Below are positions 1 through 12,250 of a DNA stretch of 64,000 bases, one piece after another. The DNA is from Tubulanus polymorphus (taxonomy: Eukaryota; Animalia; Nemertea): NCBI RefSeq assembly GCF_964204645.1, contig NC_134026.1, positions 9,261,950-9,325,949 on the forward strand. Direction: 5' to 3'. The translations under genes were made by a program, and so were the position numbers. The notes beneath the pieces were generated by a model. It worked only from the letters and a program-made list of their open reading frames with translations, was not told where the DNA came from and made no database searches. Every line of letters begins with the position of its first letter. Within the stretch, counting starts at the first letter, position 1.

Positions 1-813
1 ATTTCCAAGAGGATGAGTGTTAGATTTGCAGGTTTTAACGATAACTGTCTCGACAAAGTTGGTAGCCTTGATGGGAAGGCAGGGGTCCGGACTACCGACC
101 GAGCCAGCGAATGAAATGTACCTATCAAAAGTGGAACATCTGAAATAATCAGCCAGTCCAAGTGGCGCCGAAAGCGACACCCGATGTATCGCAGGTACCG
201 AGGCCGGGAGATCAAGGGGGGGCTCTCCCCCCAAATTTTTTAATTTTAGCCACAATTCAAGTGATATTAAGAGCACTTGGAGTCAGAGGAATGGATCTAA
301 GATAGGTATATAAAACCTGTCAGAATGAAAGCAATGATAGAAATAAATGAAAAGAAAAAACGAAGCTTAATTCAACTCTAAGTATGCATATATTTATTCA
401 TTATTTACAAAAAATACTAGGACTTTGGGAGGTTGTGCAATCACTCTAGAGACACTCAGTCTCAGCACATATAACAGCTGTTTGTGGTACTTACATACCA
501 TGATAGGTAGAGAAGCTATTTTAAGCAATTTTCAAATATTTTGATGTCAATATTTCAAACTAGTCATTAAAGTTACATACTTGGCAACCATTCTAAGTGA
601 TCCAAAGAACATTTAACGCCCGCGAGATGGGCTAGGTGCAAATCAAACTATGGCTACATGAGAAACATTTTTTACCCTGTCACCTACACCTGAGGCTCAA
701 TATAGGGGAAAAAAAGCTTAGCACTTTTGTCATATTACTGTAATATAAGTAATATGAGTAATCAAGGGCTAATCTGTTATTTTACCATATGTAAGTAACC
801 AGTAGCTACCCTT

Positions 814-2502
814 AGTAATCTATAGTAATATGAAGTAATAACATGTAATGGATAGTAATGTATAGTAATATGAAGTAATAAGACGTAACGCATAGTAATT
901 TATAGTAATATGAAGTAATGAGATGTAATGGGTAGTAATGTATAGTAATATGAAGTAATAAGATGTAACGCATAGTAATGTATAGTAATATGAAGTAATA
1001 AGACGTAACGCATAGTAATCTAGAGTAATATGAAGTAATAAGACGTAATGCATAGTAATCTATAGTTATATGAAGTAATGAGATGTAATGGGTAGTAATG
1101 TATAGTAATATGAAGTAATAAGACGTAACGCATAGTAATCTATAGTAATATGAAGTAATAACATGTAATGGATAGTAATCTATAGTAATATGAAGTAATA
1201 AGACGTAATGGATAGTAATCTATAGTAATATGAAGTAATAACATGTAATGGATAGTAATGTATAGTAATATGAAGTAATAAGACGTAACGCATAGTAAAC
1301 TATAGTAATATGAAGTAATAAAACGTAACGCATAGTAATCTATAGTAATATGAAGTAATGAGATGTAATGGGTAGTAATGTATAGTAATATGAAGTACGT
1401 AATAAGACGTAACGCATAGTAATCTATAGTAATATGAAGTAATAACATGTAATGGATAGTAATCTATAGTAATATGAAGTAATAAGACGTAACGCATAGT
1501 AATCTATAGTAATATGAAGTAATAACATGTAATGGATAGTAATGTATAGTAATATGAAGTAATAACATGTAATGGATAGTAATCTATAGTAATATGAAGT
1601 AATAAGACGTAATGGATAGTAATGTATAGTAATATGAAGTAATAACATGTAATGGATAGTAATCTATAGTAATATGAAGTAATAAGACGTAATGGATAGT
1701 AATGTATAGTAATATGAAGTAATAAGATGTAATGGATAGTAATCTATAGTAATATGAAGTAATAACATGTAATGGATAGTAATCTATAGTAATATGAAGT
1801 AATACCATGTAATGGATAGTAATCTATAGTAATATGAAGTAATAACATGTAATGGATAGTAATCTATAGTAATATGAAGTAATAACATGTAATGGATAGT
1901 AATCTATACTAATATGAAGTAATAAGACGTAACGCATAGTAATTTATAGTAGTATGAAGTAATAAGACGTAACGCATAGTAATGTATAGTAATATGAAGT
2001 AATAAGACGTAATGGATTGTAATTTATAGTAATATGAAGTAATAACATGTAATGGATAGTAATCTATAGTAATATGAAGTAATAAGACGTAACGCATAGT
2101 AATCTATAGTAATATGAAGTAATAACATGTAATGGATAGTAATGTATAGTAATATGAAGTAATAACATGTAATGGATAGTAATCTATAGTAATATGAAGT
2201 AATAAGACGTAATGGATAGTAATGTATAGTAATATGAAGTAATAACATGTAATGGATAGTAATCTATAGTAATATGAAGTAATAACATGTAATGGATAGT
2301 AATCTATAGTAATATGAAGTAATAACATGTAATGGATAGTAATCATATGAAGTAATAAGACATAATGGATAGTAATCTATAGTAATATGAAGTAATAAGA
2401 CGTAACGCATAGTAATCTATAGTAAAATGAAGTAATAAGACGTAATGGATAGTAATGTATAGTAATATGAAGTAATAGGACGTAACCCATAGTAATCTAT
2501 AG
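814..2502. repeat. 40-bp tandem satellite (~42 copies) built from four 10-bp GTAA-containing subunits
   Basis: Unit TATAGTAATATGAAGTAATAAGACGTAACGCATAGTAATC and variants repeats with a 40-nt period. It explains the YYxLL-rich ORFs at 820-2346. Confidence 0.97.
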
Positions 2503-2590
2503 CCTATATATAGCCTTATATAGTCACCTAAACTGACATTGATCACCAAACGAGCCGGACGCCAATAGGCCCAACACTCGTCCGTAATAT

Positions 2591-2591
<1 letters not shown>

Positions 2592-2650
<59 letters not shown>

Positions 2651-2660
2651 CGATGATGAT
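2592..2660. repeat. (GAT)n microsatellite
   Basis: Direct reading; produces the poly-Ile in ORF 2343..2807. Confidence 0.97.
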
Positions 2661-2832
2661 TTTGAAAATAAATAAAAATTGAATTGAATTGTATTTCCCA
2701 ATGCCCAAGTCCACATCCACGTCCGGTTTATAACTTGAACCAGGAAGTAACTTCAAGTCAACGGATAAACAAATAAACGAGAATAAACTAGTAAATTCGC
2801 CTTGCAAATAATCTTTTCTAAGTCACGACAGG

Positions 2833-5800
2833 ATGGGTTCTGGCCAGAGTGTATTTACTGACAAAGAACTTGAGGATTATCAGGTAAACCTTATGATGCA
2901 GAGTTAGAACGAATGAATGAATGAATGAATGAATGAATGAATGAATGAATGAATGAATGAAGAAGATACATAGCACCACAGCCAGGCAGGCACTCGCCGA
3001 TGGGCTTGGGACGGGTCTTGGGATACAAGTTCCTGGGGTTTTCTTGATAGTGAATCTGTGTTCTGAGTGGTTATTCTGCAATAAATTAGAGAAAAAACGT
3101 CTTGCTACTGATGCGTTTAAAAAAATGATAATGGCTGCTGGCTCCAAACACGGCGCGACCTCACAAAATACAACAAACTTCGTTTTTCAATATAAAATTA
3201 AAAATTTTATTTCATATGACACTTACATGTGAAATTACAGTTATATATCCTATTAATCCATCCGACTGTGAGTGTGAGACTCTATCAATTTGTGAAACGT
3301 CTTTAGTAATCTTAAAGACTAGGTAGTTAAAAGCGTGAGCGTATAGGAAAAACCTTACAGGTGTTCGGATGACAACACTAGGTCACACGGACACCTACTA
3401 CCAGGTACAAGTATTCCCCTTCTATCTTTGCGTGAAGTGGAATTTCTCAATGACATCACTCAGCGGCTGTACGACGTTTGCTGACCTAGTGTAGCCGTGT
3501 GAACGCCTGTAAAATTTTCCCCAAGTGTCCCAAGCCCATCGGCGATTGCCTGTGAAAAAATGACATGATAATCAAATGAGACAAACAATACAAATTCAAT
3601 TCTGTTATAAAGCAGGTGATATTTTGCCAATGCAACATTATTCCTGTCAATGTTATTTTGCCAACGCGTCATTCTGATTGGCTAATTTACACCGCGTGCG
3701 CAACTTAGGAAATTAAGGAAAATATGTGAACAAGATCAGAATCAGAGATAGAGAAAGTAGAGTTGAGAGCAGTATTTGAACACGGGCCTGCAAATTAATA
3801 GCGTTGCGTCTTTCCACTTGACCACTGAGGCTCATGGAATCCCACTGAATTTTTAACTACATTAGCACTCAACCTTACCCTAACCCTATCCCTAATTGTA
3901 AAATGGACCCTAAACCTCACCCTAACCTAGTTAGTTATCTAATTGTTGGTGGTAAGCGTTTTATATCGGATGGGCTTATAGGCCTACCAACTTATATGTG
4001 GTTTGTGAAAATATCCGATTGTGAAACTAAACCACAAAGAGTTTACTGACTAACCCTAAACCTAACCATCTAGACCCCCACCCTATCAAAACCCCTACCC
4101 TAAAAATAATAACGTGATTTTATTTTAAATTTTACTAGTTTATCTTATTATATATAACGATAGCCAATGGAAAAATAGCCTAAACACGAATAATGCTGCA
4201 TTGGCAAAATATCTACTTCCATTCTGTAATAGTGTGGCGCCTACTTGTCATTGGCTGAGTTAGTATTGCTGCATGCATTTTTACTTTGCTTTGTAGGAAC
4301 TTACTTATTTTACAAAGAAAGAAATTTTACAGTAAGTAGCTCTTTGCTTTTTTTCGATCCATGCATTATATGGTCTCGTCTAGTATACCAGAAAGTGTTG
4401 TTTGTTTAATAATCAGATTATCGATCTGGCCAACTGATTCTGATTGTCTGTCAATCTGTAAAATTCCATATTTCAAAAATAAAATCCTAATTAAGATTAA
4501 AAAGGGCCGAAATGTTTATTAGGGCAGTAGCTAATGATTTATTTGATGTTTGAAGTATTCTTGGAGATGACTAAAAAAAGGAAATAGTCTAGGAAAAGCC
4601 TTGAATAGATTATTAGCTCATGGAAACATTTTAGAATCTTTTTATCCTTAGTGTGGAATTTTAGCTTTGCAATATTGTCATTGTTTTTCATCAAAGGTTA
4701 TTATTGTGAAAATATGCGATTGCAGAGCAAAAAACCTCCAGAAGAGACTTGATCATCCATGATCATTCATTAAGTTTGTCTCAGTTACCCCGGTGATAGC
4801 TTCGATTGTGGGAATATTGCGTTCTATTATCTCATCACAGATAATTGTGCTCGAAGATCAACTGTAAAAAATAAACAGTATTTTCATAAGCTAATTCTTT
4901 TATTCAATCAGTTTCCGTTGCTTTATTTCAGCGTACACAAAAGATTTCAGCAGTTATCACCGGAAGAAGTAGAAGAAAACAAAAATGCAAAACTTTCATG
5001 TACCCTAATCAAAAATAACCTCGCTGAATTGAAAGCAAGTATTGTGGAAAAAAAATTTCGTATATCATATATATCTAAGCTATCGGGAAAAAGAAACACA
5101 AGATGTTAGCTGATTTTGATTAAAGCTTATTAATTAGCCCAACATTTTCATGGAGCCCATGGCCATGTGATGTTTTATTCAATTCATGTTCGCTGTTAAT
5201 TCAATTTAGGCCTATGTTAGCCTAAATTGATTTAGAATTTTGTTCGTGATTTTTGAAACCGGTCACTTTGTTAGTTGAAACAATATTTTCTATTCGCTAT
5301 ATTATTGTACCTCGTAACTGTTTGTCCTTGAATCTTGAAAATTATTCAATTTATTTCATCATTACATCTGAGGTACGTAGGCCTAATAACTGAACCATTG
5401 TCACATCAACAAATTTGATAATTGTCTACTTGTTCCTTTTGTCTAAAAAAAATTGATTCCTTGTTTCTTATTTCCGATCAGCTTAAAGTTGAACTGGCTG
5501 GCTGTTACAGAAATGAACTTATTACAAACTTATATTGCAGTGTACAAAATGACCCAGCTGATTAGGGGAAACAAGGTATAATTTTGTTTTAGCCTTATTG
5601 TCGAATTTTCAATCTTTCAGGTAAACCCATTTAAAGACCGAATTTGTAAAGTGTTCTCATCCAGCGGCGATGGTGATTTGACGTTTGAAGATTTCCTCGA
5701 TATGATGTCGGTATTCAGTGAAAGTGCTCCTCGAAATGTGAAAGTCGAATACGCATTTAGGATTTATGGTTAGTTTGAATGATAGGCTTGTCATGTGTCT

Positions 5801-8604
5801 AGTTTGATGTTCATCAATTTGGAAGACTTTAGTCCGCTGTCAGTTGATTCATGATAATGAATATACTGTCAACTGGACCTTTCACAGGACAGGATAGTAA
5901 TTGGGGGTTTGTTTATTTCATATACATATCTACTGGTATGTCCACCTGGTATGTATATATGCATAGACTTATATGTATTTGTGTGTGAATAAACACGTAA
6001 ATTTTGCCATATCTCGCTGTATTTGCCATACAGATAACTTGAGGTTTAGCCCTAACGTGTTGGCTGTTGATTTGCAATGCCCAATTTTTGCTTGACGCTA
6101 TGCAGTTAAGACAAAAAATTTGTCCAGACCAAATCTGATGGTTTCCCATAAATCATATTTTGTGGTCAGGCAATTTTTGGTTCGGTTTCAGCCACTACGT
6201 CTCTAAGGAGGACAAGATAACTCATCCTGGCAAAATGCCGTACACCGGCTATGACGAGTAATCTTTTCAATTGCAGCTAACATATCACATAATACAGTTA
6301 AGTGAGATCTTTTTGCAAAGTGAGATCTTTTTGCAACCGGGATTTTTGCCACAGTGAAAATCTGACTTCCCTAAACAAGTCAACATTTGCAAATATAGAA
6401 AATAGTCCAAAACATTTATTATGACTCGAAATTCGGCTTTGCTTGAATGTATGTTCTTTGAATTATTCTCTCATCCCTGATTGACCACTGCAGGCCTGTT
6501 TCAACAAATTCATGAGCTTAGAATTTATGTGAATGGATATTTCTGTAGTTGTTTTTGCAGTAGTATAAATTTCGATTTAGATTTCGATGAAGATGACATG
6601 ATCTCTGAGAATGATTTGAGAGAAGTGATAAATCGATTAACAGGAGAAACGCAATTACCTCCGGCTGATATGAACCAATTAATCAGCAATGTAAGTACCT
6701 ATATGTATCCTTGCATCCTCCCTCCTCAGCAGGTATTCGAACCTGATGGCATTGAGAGAATCTGCCACGGCACGAAACCCTGCCTGATTATTCCCAGTGG
6801 GCATGTATGGCTTCAATTCTGATTACTGGGTTACTACTAATGATATCATGACTAAGTGCGCAGATAGCTGCAAATTGGGCAGCGGCTAATCGGGGAGGGT
6901 TTTGCGTGGCGAGACCATCAGGTTTGAGCACCTTCCAGGTTAGGATTGCATCCTAGGGGATCATTTAACATGGTTCTGCCACCAGAGCTATCCAATCTAT
7001 TAGATTGGGTGATTTACGCTTGGTTATACGCTTACAGGGTCCCTATGACTCCTTGATTCCTTAAAAACTCCTTCAAAATGGAAAATTCTTTGAGAAGCTG
7101 CTTGAAACTCCTTTGATTTATAAAAGGATGCTCATAACTCCTTTAAAACTTGAATTTTAAGAAATAGGCAAGTAGAAATTTATGTCTAGTTTTTAGTTGT
7201 ACAGTTGACTACTCCTAAATAATACAGTTGGGACCTGGATTTTTTTTAACCAAATTAGGCAATTACCGAGCTAGAAACCAAGTTAAAGTAGCGTAAGGGA
7301 TAAAAATTTGCTTACAAAACCACTGAATTAATGGTTTACCGAGATAGACATTACCAATTTAAGATAGTCTACAGGTAATAAGTAAAAAATGTGATGCAGA
7401 CACTCCTAGAAATTAGAGATTTTCTCCTTTATAAGTCTTTGCTTGATACGATTTTCAGTATACTCTTTTGATATACTTGAGAGGAATTTTAATCTAGATG
7501 TAGAATTGTATGTGGAAGTAAGAACTAGCAAACCTTGCAAAATCCAAATTAGAGGTGTTGGTAACCTGTTAATGCGGTTTTAAAACACCCTTCTGTTAGA
7601 ATGCCTTACATGAAAATATCTATTTATCTTAGAATGAAATGATTGAGTTTTCTTTTATTTCTGTGTTGATTACAAATAAAAAATTGGTACCGGTAGACCA
7701 CTTGCGTCCTAACCCATCTTCCTGCTGCATACATTTTTTATATATTTGCATATATTTTACACAGGCCTATACAAAATTCAGATTCTATCAACCATATTTC
7801 TCGGCTTGTTTGCAATTACTCTCGAATATTGTCCTATTTCTCAATTATAGCAATGATAATGGGATCAATGTAGCCTGTATCAGAGGCCATGGACAAAGGC
7901 GTATATAGGATTGTAAAAGTATAGAATTTGTACAGTGAATTCTGTGTCACTGGTACTAAACATGTTACCGTAATAGCAATTTTAACAGCTGGCTTCAGCA
8001 CATATTGATCATTTTCTTAAATTGGCATAATTTATTGTTAACTGAATGGTATCATCTGGCAACTATTTTTTCCACAACATTGGTCACTTGATGTTATTCA
8101 GGAGTCAAAATAAGTTCAGTACAGAGAAAAAAAAATATGTACAGTAATATGTACAGAGAAATAATTGTCTTCAACTGGGGATGGACAAAAAAGTAGATTG
8201 AAGACTAAACTGAGAAGTTTATATCAAAGTAGAAAATTGATTGAACTTGTAGTAGTGGGACTTCTTAATGATACAGATTAACAATATGAAATAGGCCTAT
8301 GCGGTAATAAATTGGCATCTTATTTACAGATATTTGATGAAGCTGATCTTGATGAAGATAGTATGCTATCGTTTGCTGAATTCGAACACGTTATTTCCAA
8401 GGCACCAGACTTTGTTAAGTAAGTGCTGCATAAATATCCGCACTTGAGATTCATGATGATGCTTTGATGAGGCTTTGGTTAATTGTCTCGAAGTTTTGCG
8501 CGTGTGCGTGCGTGTGTGTGTTTAAATAGAATTCTGCTCCTTGTAATATCTTTTCAAATGACTTTCTTTTTTTTTGTTGCAGTTCATTCCGAATTCGTCT
8601 TTGA
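2833..8604 (+). CDS. CIB1: Calcium and integrin-binding protein 1 (EF-hand, myristoylation motif), 185 aa, 7 exons
   Basis: Exons 2833-2883, 4297-4331, 4932-5034, 5621-5768, 6581-6690, 8330-8418 and 8583-8604 splice in frame (558 nt). Protein: [34 protein letters not shown]...[16 protein letters not shown]...AFRIYDFDEDD...[36 protein letters not shown]. These are CIB-family motifs with two EF-hand loops and an N-terminal MGxxxS. Confidence 0.93.
2910..2960. repeat. (GAAT)n microsatellite in CIB1 intron 1
   Basis: Direct reading. Confidence 0.95.
2987..3552. mobile_element. MITE-like element in CIB1 intron 1
   Basis: Inverted repeats: CAGGCACTCGCCGATGGGCTTGGGAC at 2987 and GTCCCAAGCCCATCGGCGATTGCCTG ending at 3552. 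No TSD seen. Confidence 0.65.
3765..3833 (-). mobile_element. tRNA-derived SINE-head-like relic
   Basis: Minus strand has an A-box-like TGGTCAAGTGG and a B-box-like GTTCAAATAC at tRNA spacing, but no full cloverleaf. Confidence 0.45.
5491..5593. repeat. Dispersed repeat, also at ~24170-24265
   Basis: Shared AGAAATGAACT.ATTACAAA...TGACC..G.TGATTAGG.GAAACAAGGTAT. Confidence 0.7.
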
Positions 8605-9265
8605 AAAGCTGGTCGTTATCATGAGAGCACAAGGCTGTGATGTACAATCATTAATTGTTGATATGGTCAGGTCAGAGTCTGGATTCTTTTGTAAACAGTA
8701 TTTACCACCATTCAAAACATTTTAGTGCCCGTGTTCTGTAAAATGAAAAAGGAGTAGACACAAGACTTAAACTGATTAGTGCTTTAAAATGTGTAAATAC
8801 TATAAGGGACTGGATTGGGTCACAAATTGGTTCTTTTGTGTAATGGACAGGGCTCAGTTTCGTGAAAAAGATATTCATATTTTTTGCTTATTGCTTTTGG
8901 TTACTTCATTGTTTTCAAGGAGGCCAATAATTCAAACTTTATGCTTTGTAAGCTGAAACTTTTTCATGAAACTGGACACTGGTATATATGTACCTGTATA
9001 CAAAATGCATCGGCTATTTGTATGAACATTTGGTTTCTGGGCTAAGTTTCATCACAACCTATGATTTGGTGAATTTGGCTTTGCAGAAAAACTGTTTGCA
9101 GTGCTTTAGCCTACAAGTAACAAATACTTTTGAACTTGAAATTGCTTATTATGAACCTGGATTAAATGATTTGTTGGTTTTAACAAACGAAAAATAGTGA
9201 TAAGGTGAAATTCTATTCATATCATTCCGGGAACTATTCACTAAGAACATATCTTCTGTCCTCCA

Positions 9266-9396
9266 GGGTCCAGTTACACAGTCATGACCTAAGTCTAAAA
9301 GTGACCTTAAATCTCATGACCGGTCTTAAGTAGTTAGATTGGCCATAGAAATAATACCGGGGTTAAATCATGTCTTGACTGTGCAACAACTGGCCC
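9266..9396. mobile_element. Small PIF/Harbinger-like MITE downstream of the CIB1 stop
   Basis: Imperfect TIRs GGGTCCAGTTACACAGTCATGAC and GTCTTGACTGTGCAACAACTGGCCC. Confidence 0.5.
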
Positions 9397-12250
9397 GCGA
9401 GGTTTGTTGGAATGTGGTTGTGGTTTCACTATATTAGTTGATTACTTAGAATTGATATATATTTCTACAAGCATTTGTCTATAAAATTCTTCAGTATCTC
9501 AGATTGAATATGTAGTCATCCTTAATGTAGAAATGAAACAGAAGCATAGATTATCCTTATGATCTGACAAAACAAAAATATCATGTCTAAGCTACACATA
9601 TGAAATATTGACCCAGCGTTACATAGCGGGATGTTTTGGATAGAAATTGACACAAATTCGTTGCAAATATGAGTGGTATTTCCAGGAATGTCTTGACCGT
9701 ATATGATAAAAGAATTGCTGCATTTTCAGTGCAATCCAAACATATGAGTGTCAAGGCAAGTAAATTATCTGACCCTGGTTGGTGTTGCTGGCCCTGGTAT
9801 TGTTTTGAAGTTGAATCTTTGTGCGGATGGGAGTTGATTCTTGAATCATAAAAGTGGTAATCACCTTTTTTGCACTTTTAAATACATAGTACGTAAACAG
9901 GCTATATTGTGAAATGTATAAAATGGAGAGTTTTCATTGCGTACACATGTTAAACATGGGGTTCCCTTATTCATTTATAACTTAAGAAAATTTAAAGGAA
10001 AATTTTCAAATGATTAATAGGCCTAGATGACTGTTATAATGTACTCTATACTGTTATAGTGTAATGTATAATGTAATCTGCTTCACTCGTTAAACCGCAA
10101 CTGTCAGCAAAAATTACAAGATAGAAATGTCCAAATATGGAGTGTCGAAATTAGGCAGGTTTGTTACAACTATATTCACCAGGGTGTTGGCAGCTTTTTA
10201 ATGAATCTTCCATAAAGAAAAAACCTACCGGTACTTAAATGTGATTTGCAGCTAGGCCTTTATACTTTTCAAAAAAAAAATCAAAAAAAGTTTCTGGCAT
10301 GATCTACAGTTTATTCAAACACTATGCTGGCTGTTTCTAATGTGATAAAAAGATATTCTTTTATTCTCTTACGTGTATTTCTATCTTCAGTTTTTTGTTT
10401 TATTTTCATCTTAATAAATTCTATCAGAAGAAATGATATTAACCAACAGATATTGTCGAGTGTATCAATGCACAGGTTCGTTCAGTAGTAACAAGAAAGA
10501 TTGTTAGCGACTGAAATCAATTCACAATCCTCTCTCCGTGGGGCTGTTTATTCAGGGGCCGATCAGGATTTTCAAAGGGGATGCACTGCGGGTTATCCCC
10601 CTGATAATTTGGAAGAATTAGTCCAATTTTCCGGTATTCTGAGGATTTTAAGCACTTTTTGATCATCTCATATTCATAATGTTCATTGCACTTTGAAATG
10701 TAGCACTGAAAAAGTGTAAATGAATGATACATAGGAAATTTTGGCAGGGGGTTGGGGCTCCAGCACCCAAAGCACACCCTGGATCTGTGGCTGTTAATTT
10801 CTGTACAGTTGACTGGGATTAGAGTGTTATAAAAACACTCTAATTTGACCATGGACTATAAAACAAAGTGACGCAAGGATCCAGCTGTCGACGCAAATTA
10901 GACCCTAGCCACACTGAGATCGGAAACCGACGCGCTATATTTGAATCTGTGCACATTTTTAGATTCCATGATTTGACTTGACGTATGAATCGAATGTCTC
11001 CAGGTTGCAGGTCTCTCTACGTCTATGAAAGGTTCCAACAAAGGGAACCACATATTCATTACTTACGAGTAAGGCCACACCAAAAAAAAGTGGGTAGGTC
11101 CCCGTAAATAATTTTATACAGGTCCAAATTTCCAGTTGAAATTATAATTAGCAGTTAGAAGACCACAATAGAATAAGGAATTTGAGGTTTTTGTACAATA
11201 AACTATTAAACAAACTATAGTTTGAACACATTTTACACTTGGAAACTGTTTATGATAGACAAACAACAAAATCTTGAAAAGGCCTATAATATATTTTATA
11301 CGGAATTCCTGGAATTTTGCAATCCAAGGTTCCCATCAATGTCTGATAAGCAATGTTGTCTGAGCACAGCCGTACCATTTCCAGAATCAAATCCGATGTA
11401 ATAAAATTTCCAAGATAAGAATATTTACAAGAATGGAGAGCTTTGTAGTTGGTCGGCCACATATATATTTTTGAAAAAACTTATTTCATCCAAAACTTTG
11501 AAATGAGGTCGGTAGGCAATTTTATGTTAAGAAATTTGGGGAATTCCTCGTGTTTTTTGTCCAGCAAAAAAATCTAATCCCTTTTTGTTTGGTAATATAT
11601 ATGTTTTTATTTTTAATCACGGCAATAAATGCAAAAAACTGCATAGCAAAAACGAAAGCATCACGGCAAAACAGTGTATTAACAATTCAACAAGATATGC
11701 GATGCATGTATGCTTGATATCGTCGACAATAAACATTTAATCTAAATTTTCATGATACAAATACGCTTCATTCAAAGGCGCTGTGTAAAGTGATTTAAAA
11801 AAGTAAGCAATAGTACTTAAAAATAGTAAAGAATCTATGATTGAAGAAGAAAAAATCTTAATGCGTAATGTTTGAAAACGCATTAAGAATGAAAATTGCA
11901 GATAACTATTCAGTATTTCTTCTTTTTTTACAATTTTAAATCTGGTATTTAATGATTGGTGCACGACTAAATGATACATACGTAAGTCTAGAATGTCAGA
12001 TTGAAGGTCTAACATTCTGTCCCATGACATAAATACAGTGTAGTGTATTTCAGAAGAGATCATAGTTCATTTTATAATATCTAGTATACATCCTTACACA
12101 TTGTGAATTTGGTACAGCCTTTTTTGGTATAATTTTGGTGTAATTTGAGTAAAGATTAGAATTCTTTTGGTATATTCATACAAGATTGGAGTTTTTTTTT
12201 CAAGAGAAAAATGAACGAAACAAATGATCGATACAATCTTACGAAGATGA

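Noticed and set aside
820-2807. Hydrophobic Y/L/I-rich ORFs and the poly-Ile ORF
   Set aside because: These are translations of the 40-bp satellite and (GAT)n, with no independent coding signal.
3870-4102. TAACCC-like runs (also TTAGGG-like at ~16488-16540) as interstitial telomere
   Set aside because: Only short, degenerate, interrupted copies embedded in a dispersed repeat (3928-4051 resembles 27534-27625).
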